A DNA stretch of 64,000 bases. It comes from Candidatus Eiseniibacteriota bacterium. GTDB lineage: Bacteria > Eisenbacteria > RBG-16-71-46 > JABDJR01. Made by a program: the position numbers and the translations under genes. The stretch is taken from NCBI GenBank assembly GCA_963783375.1, contig CAWANH010000029.1, positions 224,001-288,000 of the forward strand, written 5' to 3'. This document shows, piece by piece, positions 20,630-30,237 of this stretch (its first letter is position 1; every line of letters begins with the position of its first letter). The notes below the pieces were generated by a model. The model saw only the letters and a list, made by a program, of their open reading frames with translations. It did not search any database and had not been told where the DNA came from.

Positions 20630-21121
20630 GTGCCCGTGACCTCGAATGATCTGTTGCGCCGGGTGGAACGATTGGAGCGGGACAACCGCCGGCTGCGCCG
20701 GTTGGGATCGCTCGGCCTCTTCGCGGCCGGGGTGGTGTTCGTGACCGCGCAGGGCGGCGGCCCGGAGCCGGTGCTCCGGGCGGAGACCGTGGTGGCCACC
20801 AAGGCATTCCTCCTGACCGACGCCAAGGGACAGCCCCGCGCGTCGATCGGCCTCCTCCAGGATCAGCCGTCCCTCACCCTCTATGGCGGGACCACCCCGA
20901 CCCCGAGGGTCCAACTCGGGGCCTGGAACGACGGATCGACCCTCATGCTGTTCGATTCCGAGGGGAAGGAACGGGCGATGCTGGTGGTGGCGGGGGAGAT
21001 GGGGAGCCTCAACCTGATCGGTCCGGAGAGCCGGCTTCGGGCCTCGGTGGGGGTGGTGGACGACGCGGGAATGGCCTTCCTGTTCGGGAAGGACGGGACC
21101 CCGACCTGGTCGGCCCCCTGA
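20630..21121 (+). CDS. Hypothetical protein: coiled coil, TM/signal segment and about 22-aa beta repeats
   Basis: RRVERLERDNRRLRR, a hydrophobic stretch, then repeated L.L.D..G..RA.L units. Confidence 0.75.
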   Translation: MPVTSNDLLRRVERLERDNRRLRRLGSLGLFAAGVVFVTAQGGGPEPVLRAETVVATKAFLLTDAKGQPRASIGLLQDQPSLTLYGGTTPTPRVQLGAWNDGSTLMLFDSEGKERAMLVVAGEMGSLNLIGPESRLRASVGVVDDAGMAFLFGKDGTPTWSAP

Positions 21122-21198
21122 TCGGGTTGCGCGATCGGGATCGACCGGCCATGATGGAACTCCATCGGATACATCATGTCTTCAATCGGGAGGCCATC

Positions 21199-21798
21199 AT
21201 GAAGAGTTTGTCTTTCGGAAGCGTCCTGGGGCTCGCCGCCTTCGTCTTGACCGTGTCCGGCTGCTCCCAGCCCGCCGAACGCTCCCCGGCCGCCGGATCC
21301 ACGGACACGGCGGCGGCGCCCGCCTCCGGAGCGTGGACCGGGATCCACGATGCGGTGGCGGTGCTCCATCCCACCGAGGGGAACGGGGTGAGCGGTGTGG
21401 TGAGGTTCAGCGAGGCCGGCGGCCGGGTGACCGTGATCGCCGACGTGCACGGGTTTGCTCCCGGTACCGAACACGGCTTTCACATCCACGAGTTCGGGGA
21501 CATGACCGCCGCCGACGGAACCTCGGCCGGCGGCCATTACAACCCGGAGGGGTACCCTCATGCCCTGCCGCCCGCCACCCCCCGCCACGCCGGGGACCTG
21601 GGGAACCTGGTCGCGGACGCCCAGGGAAATGCTCACCTGGAGATCACCGTGGACGACCTCAGCATCGCCGGGGCGAAGAACCCGATTCTCGGACGCGGGG
21701 TGATCGTCCATGCCCAGCCCGACGACGGCGGCCAACCGACCGGGAACGCGGGGGCCCGGGTGGCCGGAGGAGTGATCGGGGTGGCCGGGCCGCGCTGA
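21199..21798 (+). CDS. sodC: Cu/Zn superoxide dismutase, lipoprotein
   Basis: Lipobox VSGC, HGFHIHEFGD, GGHYNP, HAGDLGNL, IVHAQPDD and GNAGARVA. SD GGGAGG. Confidence 0.93.
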   Translation: MKSLSFGSVLGLAAFVLTVSGCSQPAERSPAAGSTDTAAAPASGAWTGIHDAVAVLHPTEGNGVSGVVRFSEAGGRVTVIADVHGFAPGTEHGFHIHEFGDMTAADGTSAGGHYNPEGYPHALPPATPRHAGDLGNLVADAQGNAHLEITVDDLSIAGAKNPILGRGVIVHAQPDDGGQPTGNAGARVAGGVIGVAGPR

Positions 21799-21841
21799 GC
21801 GCTTCGATAAGGTCCCTCGTCGTGGTAAAATAGTCCCTCGC

Positions 21842-23185
21842 ATGTTCCCGGCGGAGCACGTCCCGCATCCGAGGGTCCACCCCGTGTTACCTTGCCCGCC
21901 CCGTCGACAACCCGAGGCGCGTTCGATCCACCACGCGGTGGGGGCGCTCGTCGCGTTGGCCTTCCTCCTGCTCTCCCCGGCGGGGGTGAGGGCGCAGGTC
22001 CCCCCCGACTTTCTTCTCTCCTTCGGAACCCAGGGAACGGGTTTCGGGCAGTTCACTTACCCCATGGGGCTTGCCTGCGACGGGGACGGTCACCTGTTCG
22101 TGGTGGACCGGTTCAACGAACGCATCCAGAAGTTCGATCTCCAGGGGGAGTTCATCAGCGCCTGGGGGTCCCACGGGAGCCTGGCCGGGCAGTTCCTGCA
22201 GCCCTACGCGGTGGCGGTGGACTCGGAGGGCAACGTCTACGTCGCCGACACCGGCAACTACCGCATCCAGGTGTTCACCAACTCGGGGGTGTATCTCCGT
22301 TCCTGGGGGAGCAGCGGCATCAGCAACGGGGAATTCAACAACCCCGAGGGGATCGCCCTGAACGGTTCGGACCGGGTGTATGTTGGGGACTATTTCAACA
22401 ATCGTATCCAGAAATTCACGAACACCGGAGGGTATCTCGGGAGCTGGGGCGTTCTCGGGAGCGGAGACGGCGAGTTCCAGTTTCCCCGGGGGGTCGGTGT
22501 CGATTCCACCGGCGCGGTCTGCGTCGCCGACTATCTGAACCACCGGATCCAGAAGTTCACCCCGGACGGGGCCTTCCTGGATAGCTGGGGGCAACTGGGC
22601 TCCGGAGACGGTGAGTTCAACCGTCCCGTCGCCTTCGCTTTCGACGCCGAGGGGAACGCGCTGGTGGTCGATTCCCGGAACGACCGGGTACAGGTGTTCG
22701 ACGGCGATGGAGGATTCATCCTCTCCTGGGGGGGGTCGGGGATCGAGCCCGGACAGTTCTACGATCCGATGGGGGTGGCGGTGGACGAGAACGGGGACAT
22801 CTTCGTCTCCGACGCCCAGAACAACCGGGTGCAGAAGTTCAGCGCCCTTTCCCGGATCGGCGTGGGCCCGCGGGAGCCCTACGGATTCGCCCGCCTCGGC
22901 GCGGCGTTTCCCAATCCCACCGCGTCCTCGAGCACGGTTCCGGTTCGCCTTCTCACCCCCGAGGAGGGGGGACAAGCCGTCTACGATCTGGACGTCCGGG
23001 TCTTCGATGCGGGGGGGAGGTTGGTTCGCACCCTCTTCTCGGGCGCGGCGTATCCGGGTTCACGGGACTTCCTCTGGGACGGCCGATCCGACGCCGGCTC
23101 CGCGGCGGTACCGGGGATGTACTGGATCCGGGCCCGAACCGGACGCGGCGATCAGGAAAGCGCCCCGGTCACCCTGCTCCGCTAG
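21842..23185 (+). CDS. Secreted NHL-repeat beta-propeller with C-terminal FlgD-Ig-like domain
   Basis: Signal peptide (..AGVRAQ), six repeats of G.F..P.GVA.D..G.V.V.D..N.RIQKF, then FPNP..VFDAGGRLVRTL..WDGR..G....PGMY. Confidence 0.88.
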   Translation: MFPAEHVPHPRVHPVLPCPPRRQPEARSIHHAVGALVALAFLLLSPAGVRAQVPPDFLLSFGTQGTGFGQFTYPMGLACDGDGHLFVVDRFNERIQKFDLQGEFISAWGSHGSLAGQFLQPYAVAVDSEGNVYVADTGNYRIQVFTNSGVYLRSWGSSGISNGEFNNPEGIALNGSDRVYVGDYFNNRIQKFTNTGGYLGSWGVLGSGDGEFQFPRGVGVDSTGAVCVADYLNHRIQKFTPDGAFLDSWGQLGSGDGEFNRPVAFAFDAEGNALVVDSRNDRVQVFDGDGGFILSWGGSGIEPGQFYDPMGVAVDENGDIFVSDAQNNRVQKFSALSRIGVGPREPYGFARLGAAFPNPTASSSTVPVRLLTPEEGGQAVYDLDVRVFDAGGRLVRTLFSGAAYPGSRDFLWDGRSDAGSAAVPGMYWIRARTGRGDQESAPVTLLR

Positions 23186-23667
23186 CCCGGCCCTGGGCCC
23201 GGTACCCTCTCCCCGCTTCCTCTCGCCACCCGCCCCAGTGTCCGACCGTACACAACCACCCGTGTTGGGTTGGACACAATCTCCTCGAGACGGGGCGGCG
23301 GGATCGCGGGGGGGCCGGCTCGAAATGAACGGTATTGCAGGACCTTGCCGGGTTCCGGGACCGTCTTGGGGCCACTGGTCCGACCCTTGCAAGTCCTGGG
23401 GAACCAAGCCGTCGCGTGGTTCGCGCGCGGCGCGCTCAGCCTGACGTACCTACAAAGCGAAGCGAGGAGCGCCCCCGCCCGGTTTTCCCCCGACGGCGGG
23501 GGCGTTCCGCGGTCGGGGCGATCGGGGCCTCCGGCCGGTTTCTCCCGGGGGGGCGTGCTACCATGGGCGGCCCATGATCACCCGAGAGATCCACGAGCCG
23601 TGATGTTTGCCCCTCCCGTTCCCTGCCTCGGCCTGATCCTCCCCCCCGGCGCGGGTACGGCCTGACC

Positions 23668-25616
23668 ATGTGCGGCATTGCGGGGTTCTTCGATCCCCGG
23701 CATCGGCTCGGCGGTGGAGCGCCGGAGGCGACGGCGGCCAGGATGATCGAGCCGATCCGCCACCGGGGGCCCGACGACCACGGGACCTGGGTCGACGAGG
23801 CGGCCGGGGTGGCCCTGGCCCATCGGCGGCTCTCCATCCTCGATCTCTCCCCGGCCGGGCACCAGCCCATGGCCGCGGCGGAGGGTCGTTACCACATCGT
23901 GTACAACGGCGAGATCTACAACCACCCCGAGCTTCGCCGGGAGCTGGAGCACCGGGGAGTCCGGTTCCGGGGGCACTCGGACACCGAGGTCCTTCTGGCC
24001 GGGGTGGTGGAGTGGGGAGTGGAGGCCACCATCCGCCGGGCGGTGGGCATGTTCGCCTTCGCGGTGTGGGACGGAGCCGCCCGGCGGCTCATCCTGGCCC
24101 GGGACCGGCTGGGCATCAAGCCGCTCTACGCGGGCTGGCAGAACGGCGTCTTCCTCTTCGGCTCGGAACTCAAGAGCCTCCGGGTCCATCCCGCCTTCGC
24201 CGGGGAGATCGATCGCGGCGCCCTGGCTCTCTATGTGCGGCACGGCTACGTTCCCGGTCCGTACTCGATCCACCACGGGATCGAGAAACTCCCTCCCGGA
24301 ACCTGGGTTGCCCTGTCGGAGAACACCGGGCCGGGCCCGCTCGAGCCGGTTCCCTTCTGGAGCCTGCAGGAAGCGGCCGACCGGGGAACCCGCGAGCCTT
24401 TTCGGGGGACCGACGAGGACGCGGTGGAGGAACTGGATCGCCGGCTCCGCGACGCGGTGGCGCTTCGCATGGAGGCCGACGTTCCGGTGGGGGCGTTCCT
24501 CTCCGGGGGGATCGATTCCTCGACCGTGGTCGCCCTCATGCAGGCCCAGAGCACGCGCCGGGTGAGCACCTTCAGCATCGGCTACGGCGAGGCCGCGCAC
24601 AACGAGGCGCCCTATGCAAAGGCGGTGGCCGAGCACCTGGGCACGGACCATCGGGAGCAGATCGTGACCCCCGACGAGGCGCGCGAGGTGATCCCCAGGT
24701 TGCCGACCCTCTACGACGAACCTTTCGCCGACTCGTCCCAGATTCCGACCTTTCTCGTGTCGGCCCTGGCCCGGCGAAACGTGACGGTGAGTCTTTCCGG
24801 CGACGGGGGAGACGAGCTCTTCGGAGGCTACCGGCGCTTTTCCACCACCGAGACCCTGTGGCGGAAGATCTCCCGGATGCCCCTCCCCTGGCGCGCCGCG
24901 GCGGCCGGAGTGCTGGGGCGGATCGCTCCCCGCCGGTCCGACACCCGGTTCAACCGTCGTCTCCGAACCCTGTCCGAGATCCTCGGGGTGGAGGACGGGC
25001 GGGGAATCTACACCTGGCTCCACTCCCACTGGCGGGATCCGGCCGAGCTGGTGGTGGGGAACGGCGCCCCCCCCACCGTCTTCACCGACCTGGACGCCTG
25101 GGCGCGTCGAGACTCCCTGCGCGAAGAGCTCATGTTCATCGATACGATCACCTATCTCCCCGACGACATCCTGGTGAAGGTGGACCGCGCGAGCATGGCG
25201 GTGAGCCTGGAGGCCCGGGTCCCCGTCCTCGACCACCGGGTGGTCGAGTTCGCCTGGACGCTCCCTCCCGCGCTCAAGTTCCGCAAGGGGGGGAGAAGTG
25301 GCTGCTTCGCCGGGTTCTCGACCGGTACGTGCCCGCGAGGCTGATCGACCGCCCCAAGGTGGGGTTCAGCGTGCCCATCGAGAGCTGGCTTCGGGGACCC
25401 CTTCGCGACTGGGCCGAGGACCTCCTCGACGAGAACCGTCTCCGCCGCGAGGGTTTCTTTCACCCGGGGCCGATTCGCAGGAAGTGGAGCGAGCATCTGG
25501 CGGGGACCCAGGAGTGGCATCACCACCTCTGGGACGTGCTCATGTTCGAAGCGTGGATCCGGGAAACGCGGGGTGTAACGGCCGCCGCGGGGGTGGGACG
25601 GATCGAAGGGGAATGA
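23668..25616 (+). CDS. asnB: Asparagine synthase (glutamine-hydrolysing) family amidotransferase; apparent 1-nt-loss frameshift in the G7 run at 25287-25293
   Basis: [46 protein letters not shown] and KVDRASMA. The tail EKWLLR..RPKVGF continues in another frame to 25616. Confidence 0.9.
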
Positions 25617-25622
25617 GGAAAC

Positions 25623-25657
25623 GACCCGTCCGGGCCCGGTGGCCGGGACGGGTCCTC
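25623..25657. terminator. Hairpin between convergent asnB and RRM genes
   Basis: GACCCGTCC..GGACGGGTC inverted repeat. Confidence 0.55.
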
Positions 25658-25663
25658 GTCAGA

Positions 25664-25939
25664 CTACCAGCGGTTCTGCTTGGGGCCCGCGCTCTTGTCG
25701 CGCGGCCGGGCCTCGTTCACCTTGAGGTTCCGCCCGTCGAGCGAGTGGTTGTCGAGGTTCTGGATGGCCTCGGGGCCGCCCTCGTCCATCTCCACGAACC
25801 CGAATCCCCGGGGCGATCCGGTGTCGCGGTCGGTGATGAGGCTCACCGACGACACCGTGCCGTACTGGGCGAAGAGGTCGCGGATCTGGTCTTCGGTCGC
25901 GCTGAAGGGGAGATTCCCCACGTAGATCTTCTTGGTCAT
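25664..25939 (-). CDS. RRM-domain RNA-binding protein
   Basis: RNP2 IYVGNL and RNP1 RGFGFVEM, then LKVNEAR. SD GAGGA. Confidence 0.95.
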   Translation of the reverse strand: MTKKIYVGNLPFSATEDQIRDLFAQYGTVSSVSLITDRDTGSPRGFGFVEMDEGGPEAIQNLDNHSLDGRNLKVNEARPRDKSAGPKQNRW

Positions 25940-26310
25940 GTTTTCCTCGAATCGGGCGACTACGAAATCGCTCGCCCTCGGTTGAGTCTATCTCCTTCCC
26001 CTCGTGGGTCGGAGTGGAACGCGCTCTGAACTGCGTTCCGGACCGCAGGTCCGGCAGGCCCCTCGGGATGGAATTCCACGGGGAGTCGCCTGGAACGGGG
26101 CGAACGTCTGGAAGGTGGGAACGGATACTATCCGCGTCACTTCGGGAGGGTCGTCACGTTGTGCTTCAATTGCACGCAGGCAGCGTACAGGAGATCCCGG
26201 AGAAACACCACCGGTCATTTTCGCAGGGCCGGCGACGATCCGGGGCGGGTTTGGACCGAGGGGTACCCGGGTGCGCCGAGGGTCCCGGGACGCCGGCGCG
26301 AGCCGGGACC

Positions 26311-26339
26311 TTGGGACTTCCCCCGAATCCTGCTAGGCT
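26311..26339 (+). promoter_or_regulatory. Putative promoter of tRNA-Ile2
   Basis: TTGGGA-17 nt-TAGGCT with an extended TG. Confidence 0.45.
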
Positions 26340-26357
26340 CCGCCTCTCCATAGACTT

Positions 26358-26434
26358 GGGCCCATAGCTCAGGTGGTTAGAGCGGCGGTCTCATAAACCG
26401 CTGGTCGCTGGTTCAAGTCCAGCTGGGCCCACCA
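26358..26434 (+). tRNA. tRNA with CAT anticodon, most likely tRNA-Ile2 (lysidine)
   Basis: Cloverleaf GGGCCCA..TGGGCCC-A-CCA with anticodon arm GCGGT-CTCATAA-ACCGC. The T-arm GCTGGTTCAAGTCCAGC resembles ileX, and initiator features are absent. Confidence 0.92.
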
Positions 26435-26448
26435 CCCGCTTCCCCCGT

Positions 26449-28452
26449 TTACCGCCGCGCCACCAGGGCCCGCATCCGCTCGAGCTGGACCCGCTCCCCG
26501 GGGGAGGGAGCCCGCGGCGCGGCTCGGTCCAGGAATTCCAGGGCGGTGTCTTTCCGGCCCTGGGCCACCAGGCACCGGGCCACCCCCAGGCCCAGGTTCC
26601 CGTAGAGCCCCGGGCGCTCGACCGGATAGTCGAAGGCGGAGCCGTAGGCGGCCAGGGCGGCGTCGAAGTAGCGGAACGCCTCGTAGTTGAGTCCGAGGTT
26701 GTAGTAGAAGTATCCCGTCCCCGCGGGGAGCCGGGTGAGGGTGGAGTCCAGGGGCGCCGGCCCCTCGACCGCGGAGCGGTGGCCGAAGACCGCGGTCTGG
26801 GCGCGGTTGTGCCAGACGGTGATGGCGGGACCGGTTCCGCCTTCGGGGCGGAACGCCTTCACCTCCTCGTAGGCCCGGGGGAGGGCGTCGTAGAACGCAA
26901 CCTGGCGGGCGAACCGCGACCGGTCGGCGAGGTAGCGGTCGCGGACGGTGCTCACGGTGATCCAGTAGTCCGCCATCCGGTAGAGCGAGAGATCGTAGAA
27001 GGCCGCGGAAAGCTCCGGCTCCACCTGGTACATCGGGACTTCCTGGACCGCGTAGACCTTGGCGTCGTTGTCTCGGGCCAGGATCCGATCGCGGACCCGT
27101 CTCTCCAGGGGCCAGAGCACGATCGGGTCCAGGAGTTCGGGGCCGTAGGACTCGGCGGCGATCATCGCTCCGGCGGGGACGTTGGCCTCGATCCAGCGCT
27201 TGGCCTCGGTGCGGGTGTCGGGGGCCAGCCGGTGAAGCTGGTCCGCGAACCCCCCCACCGGACCCGCGGCCAGGACCAGGGCCCCCGCCGCGACCGCGGC
27301 CCGCCGCGCGGCGACCGGCCACGACCGGAGACGCCCGGCCAGCTCGGCTAGGGCGGCCCCGGCGAAGACCGCCGCGGCGGGAAGGAGCGGGAGGAGATAG
27401 CGGTCCGCCCGCATGGTCCAGGACCCGATCACGATCAGGTACGGCGCCGCGAAGGAGACCGTCACCCAGGCCCACCGCCGGCGCCTCCAGGTGAAGTACG
27501 CCGCTCCCCCCAGGGCCAGGAGCGCCGCCGGCCAGCCCAGCACCCGGGTCACCAGGGCCGCCCCGTAGAAGAGCGCGGTGGGGGAACCCGTCTGGCCGAA
27601 GTGACCGGCCCGCATGTGGGTCTCCTCCATGCCGAATTGCGCACGAAAAGACGAAAAATCAAGCAGGACATAGGGCGAGGTCAGGAGAAAGACCGCCCCC
27701 GCGACCAGGAGTCCCAGTCCCAGGAGCGTCCAGCCCGGGCGGCGCCGCGGCGGTTTCTTCCCCTTCCCCCTCGGCCCGCGCGCCGTCCCTCCGGCCAGGA
27801 AGTGCGCGGCGGCCATCGGGAGCACCAGCATCGCCCCGGTGTACTTGCTGGAGGCGGCCAGCCCCACCGTCGCCCCCAGGAGCAGGTAGTTCCGCCGCGT
27901 CGGAGCCTCGATGATGCGGACACCGAGGACCAGGGCCAGTGCGGTGAAGCAGGTGAGCGCGACGTCCACCTCGATCATCTGGCTCCGGAAGACGTGGAAG
28001 GGATTCACCGCGAGGAGGAAGGCGGCGGCCAGCCCGGCCGCGGTTCCGCCCGCCCGCCGTCCCAGCGCGAATACCGAGGCCACCGTCCCCAGCGCGAACA
28101 GGACCGCGATCCCCCGGCCCAGGAGCACGATCGCGGTGGGGTCGGTCACGTAGAGCGCTTCGTAATCCAGGGTGGAGTGCACCGTGCCCGCGGCGTGGAG
28201 AAGGAGATAGAGGAGACCCTGCCCCAGGAACTGCAGGTAGATGGTGAGGCTGGGGTAGTTGAAGAAGTGGGGGTTCATGTCGAGACTTCGAGCCGGCCCG
28301 AAGCCCCACATCTCCCAGGCCTTGCGGAGCGGGGTGGCTTCCTCGTAGATCTGGGGGAGGCCCCACCCGAGACCGTGGAGGCGCGCCGCCGCGGCCACCG
28401 CCAGGATAGCCAGGAGAAGAACGAGCGTCTTGGGGTTCTGGAAGGGTTTCAC
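26449..28452 (-). CDS. GT-C fold glycosyltransferase (family 39/ArnT/PMT-like) with C-terminal TPR
   Basis: Multi-TM protein with RL..L.WGLP..YEE, FNYPSL, GLAASSKY and RYLLPLLP; TPR-like tail (YYNLG, YGNLGLGVARC). Confidence 0.85.
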   Translation of the reverse strand: MKPFQNPKTLVLLLAILAVAAAARLHGLGWGLPQIYEEATPLRKAWEMWGFGPARSLDMNPHFFNYPSLTIYLQFLGQGLLYLLLHAAGTVHSTLDYEALYVTDPTAIVLLGRGIAVLFALGTVASVFALGRRAGGTAAGLAAAFLLAVNPFHVFRSQMIEVDVALTCFTALALVLGVRIIEAPTRRNYLLLGATVGLAASSKYTGAMLVLPMAAAHFLAGGTARGPRGKGKKPPRRRPGWTLLGLGLLVAGAVFLLTSPYVLLDFSSFRAQFGMEETHMRAGHFGQTGSPTALFYGAALVTRVLGWPAALLALGGAAYFTWRRRRWAWVTVSFAAPYLIVIGSWTMRADRYLLPLLPAAAVFAGAALAELAGRLRSWPVAARRAAVAAGALVLAAGPVGGFADQLHRLAPDTRTEAKRWIEANVPAGAMIAAESYGPELLDPIVLWPLERRVRDRILARDNDAKVYAVQEVPMYQVEPELSAAFYDLSLYRMADYWITVSTVRDRYLADRSRFARQVAFYDALPRAYEEVKAFRPEGGTGPAITVWHNRAQTAVFGHRSAVEGPAPLDSTLTRLPAGTGYFYYNLGLNYEAFRYFDAALAAYGSAFDYPVERPGLYGNLGLGVARCLVAQGRKDTALEFLDRAAPRAPSPGERVQLERMRALVARR

Positions 28453-28552
28453 CGGACCTCTCGGGAGCGAACCGGGGCAGGATGCCGCCCCGGAGTGGGA
28501 ACCGGGATCCTAGCAGATCCGGCGGCCGAAACGGACCCGGCGGCGACGGGGC

Positions 28553-28581
28553 TTGTCACCTTTTGGAGGTCGTGGTAGGCT
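28553..28581 (+). promoter_or_regulatory. Putative promoter of tRNA-Val
   Basis: TTGTCA-17 nt-TAGGCT with an extended TG. Confidence 0.55.
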
Positions 28582-28719
28582 TTTCGGCCTTGCCGTGCGG
28601 GCCTTTCATAGGCTCGGCGGCGGATGCCGTCGCGCGAGCGAGCCGGACCGGCCGGCGGTTTCGCGCCGCGGAGGACCGCGGGGCCACGCCCCGGGAAACC
28701 GACGAAGTTTGAAGGATGC

Positions 28720-28795
28720 GGGCGACTAGCTCAGTTGGCAGAGCACGTGCCTCACATGCACGGGGTCAGAGGTTCAAGTCCTCTGTCGCCCACCA
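28720..28795 (+). tRNA. tRNA-Val(CAC)
   Basis: GGGCGAC..GTCGCCC-A-CCA, anticodon arm CGTGC-CTCACAT-GCACG, T-loop GTTCAAGTC. Confidence 0.96.
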
Positions 28796-29086
28796 TCTTC
28801 CGATCCCCTCGGACCGGCCCCGGGCCCTGGCCGGGGACCCGGCGCTCATCGCCGCGGTGACCGCCGGCGCCCGGGGAAGCCTCCTCGCCGCGCGAGGCCG
28901 CTCGGCGGCCCCCGCTCCCGGAGCCCGATTTTCGAATCGGAGCGGACGGGGGAGGAAGACCCTGACGTGTGCCGTGAGGCGCACGTTTTTTTGTGCCCAT
29001 TTTCCGACGACCCGCGCCCCGGCGATCCGCTTCCCGAACCCCTCGACCCGCATCTCGAACCGACCCCCAGCCAAGGAGACCGTCCC

Positions 29087-29815
29087 TTGTCCGTCACCGA
29101 AATGATCGACACGCTGCGCCGCCTCCAGACCGTCGACGAGGGCATCAAGGCCATCGAGGACGAGCTGGACCTTCTTCCCCGGAATCTCGATGCCGCCCGC
29201 GAGGACCGGGCGGCGGTGGAGGAACGCCTCAAGGCCGCCGATGCCGTCCTCGATGCGGTGCACAAGCGCCGGCGGGAGCTGGAGCAGGAGATCCAGGCCG
29301 CCGAGGCCAACGTGGTCCGGTACGAGAACCAGAAGATCAAGGTGAAGACCAACGAGGAGTACCAGGCCCTGAACCTCCAGATCGCCCACGAGAAGGAGAA
29401 GAAGTCCGGGCTCGAGGACCAGGTGCTGGAGACCTTCGACGAGGAGGAGGGGGCGGCCGATCGGAAGAAGAAGATGAAGGCGGAGCTGGCCCAGGTGACC
29501 GAGGCGGTTGCCGCCAAGGAGAAGGATCTGACCGCCCGCTCCGAGGAGGACCGGACCCGGCTGGCGGAGCTTCGCCGGCAGCGTGAGGAACTCGTTCCCT
29601 CGGTCCGGCCCCAGCTCCTCAGCCGCTACGAGGCGGTCCGCGCCCGGAAGGGCGGGACCGCGGTGGTGAGCATCATCCGCGGCGCCTGCGGCGGATGCTT
29701 CACCCAGCAACCTCCCCAGAAGGTGAACGAGGTCCGCAAGGAAGACGCGCTCCACACCTGCGAGTTCTGCGGGCGTTTCCTGGTCTGGAACGTCGAGGAG
29801 ACCGCCACCTCGTGA
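29087..29815 (+). CDS. Coiled-coil protein with C4-type zinc ribbon (DUF164/CT398-like)
   Basis: LRRLQTVD, long coiled coil, KTNEEYQAL and CGGC..CEFCGRFL. SD AAGGAG before TTG; an alternative ATG lies at 29102. Confidence 0.88.
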   Translation: MSVTEMIDTLRRLQTVDEGIKAIEDELDLLPRNLDAAREDRAAVEERLKAADAVLDAVHKRRRELEQEIQAAEANVVRYENQKIKVKTNEEYQALNLQIAHEKEKKSGLEDQVLETFDEEEGAADRKKKMKAELAQVTEAVAAKEKDLTARSEEDRTRLAELRRQREELVPSVRPQLLSRYEAVRARKGGTAVVSIIRGACGGCFTQQPPQKVNEVRKEDALHTCEFCGRFLVWNVEETATS

Positions 29816-30237
29816 GCGGGTCCCGCTTCCGGGCCCGCACCGACGGCGCGTCCCGGGGGAACCCGGGCCCCGCGTCCATCGGGGTCTCGATCGAGGACGA
29901 GACGGGGGAAGAGGTGGCCACCGCCTCCGAGGCGATCGGGATCGCCACCAACAACGTGGCCGAGTACCGCGCCCTGGTCCGGGCCCTGGAGATCCTGGTC
30001 GGACTCGACGTCCGCCGGGTGGAGTTCCTCCTGGACTCCGAACTGATCGTGCGCCAGATGAACGGGGTGTACCGGGTGCGCGATCCCAAGATGCAGGCCC
30101 TCCACCAGGTGGTGCGCCGGGGCCTCGGCCGGTTCACCGAGGCGACCTTCCGCCACGTGCCCCGGAAGGAAAACGCCCGCGCCGACGCCCTGGCCAACCA
30201 GGCCCTGGATCGGGAGGCGAAGCGGGAGCGGTCCTAG
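29812..30237 (+). CDS. rnhA: Ribonuclease HI family protein
   Basis: TDGASRGNPGPA, TNNVAEY, DSELIVRQ and HVPRKENARADALAN. Confidence 0.92.
   Translation: MSGSRFRARTDGASRGNPGPASIGVSIEDETGEEVATASEAIGIATNNVAEYRALVRALEILVGLDVRRVEFLLDSELIVRQMNGVYRVRDPKMQALHQVVRRGLGRFTEATFRHVPRKENARADALANQALDREAKRERS

Noticed and set aside
22030-22845. Periodic DNA similarity of about 141 nt (e.g. ATCCAGAAGTTC recurrences)
   Set aside because: These are coding NHL blade repeats, not a CRISPR array or tandem DNA repeat.
26358-26434. Calling the CAT tRNA tRNA-Met/fMet
   Set aside because: It lacks the C1:A72 mismatch and the GGG/CCC anticodon stem of fMet, and it resembles tRNA-Ile2 overall. Elongator Met cannot be fully excluded.
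26358-28795. Possible tRNA-anchored genomic island or prophage
   Set aside because: No integrase, direct repeats or compositional shift were seen.
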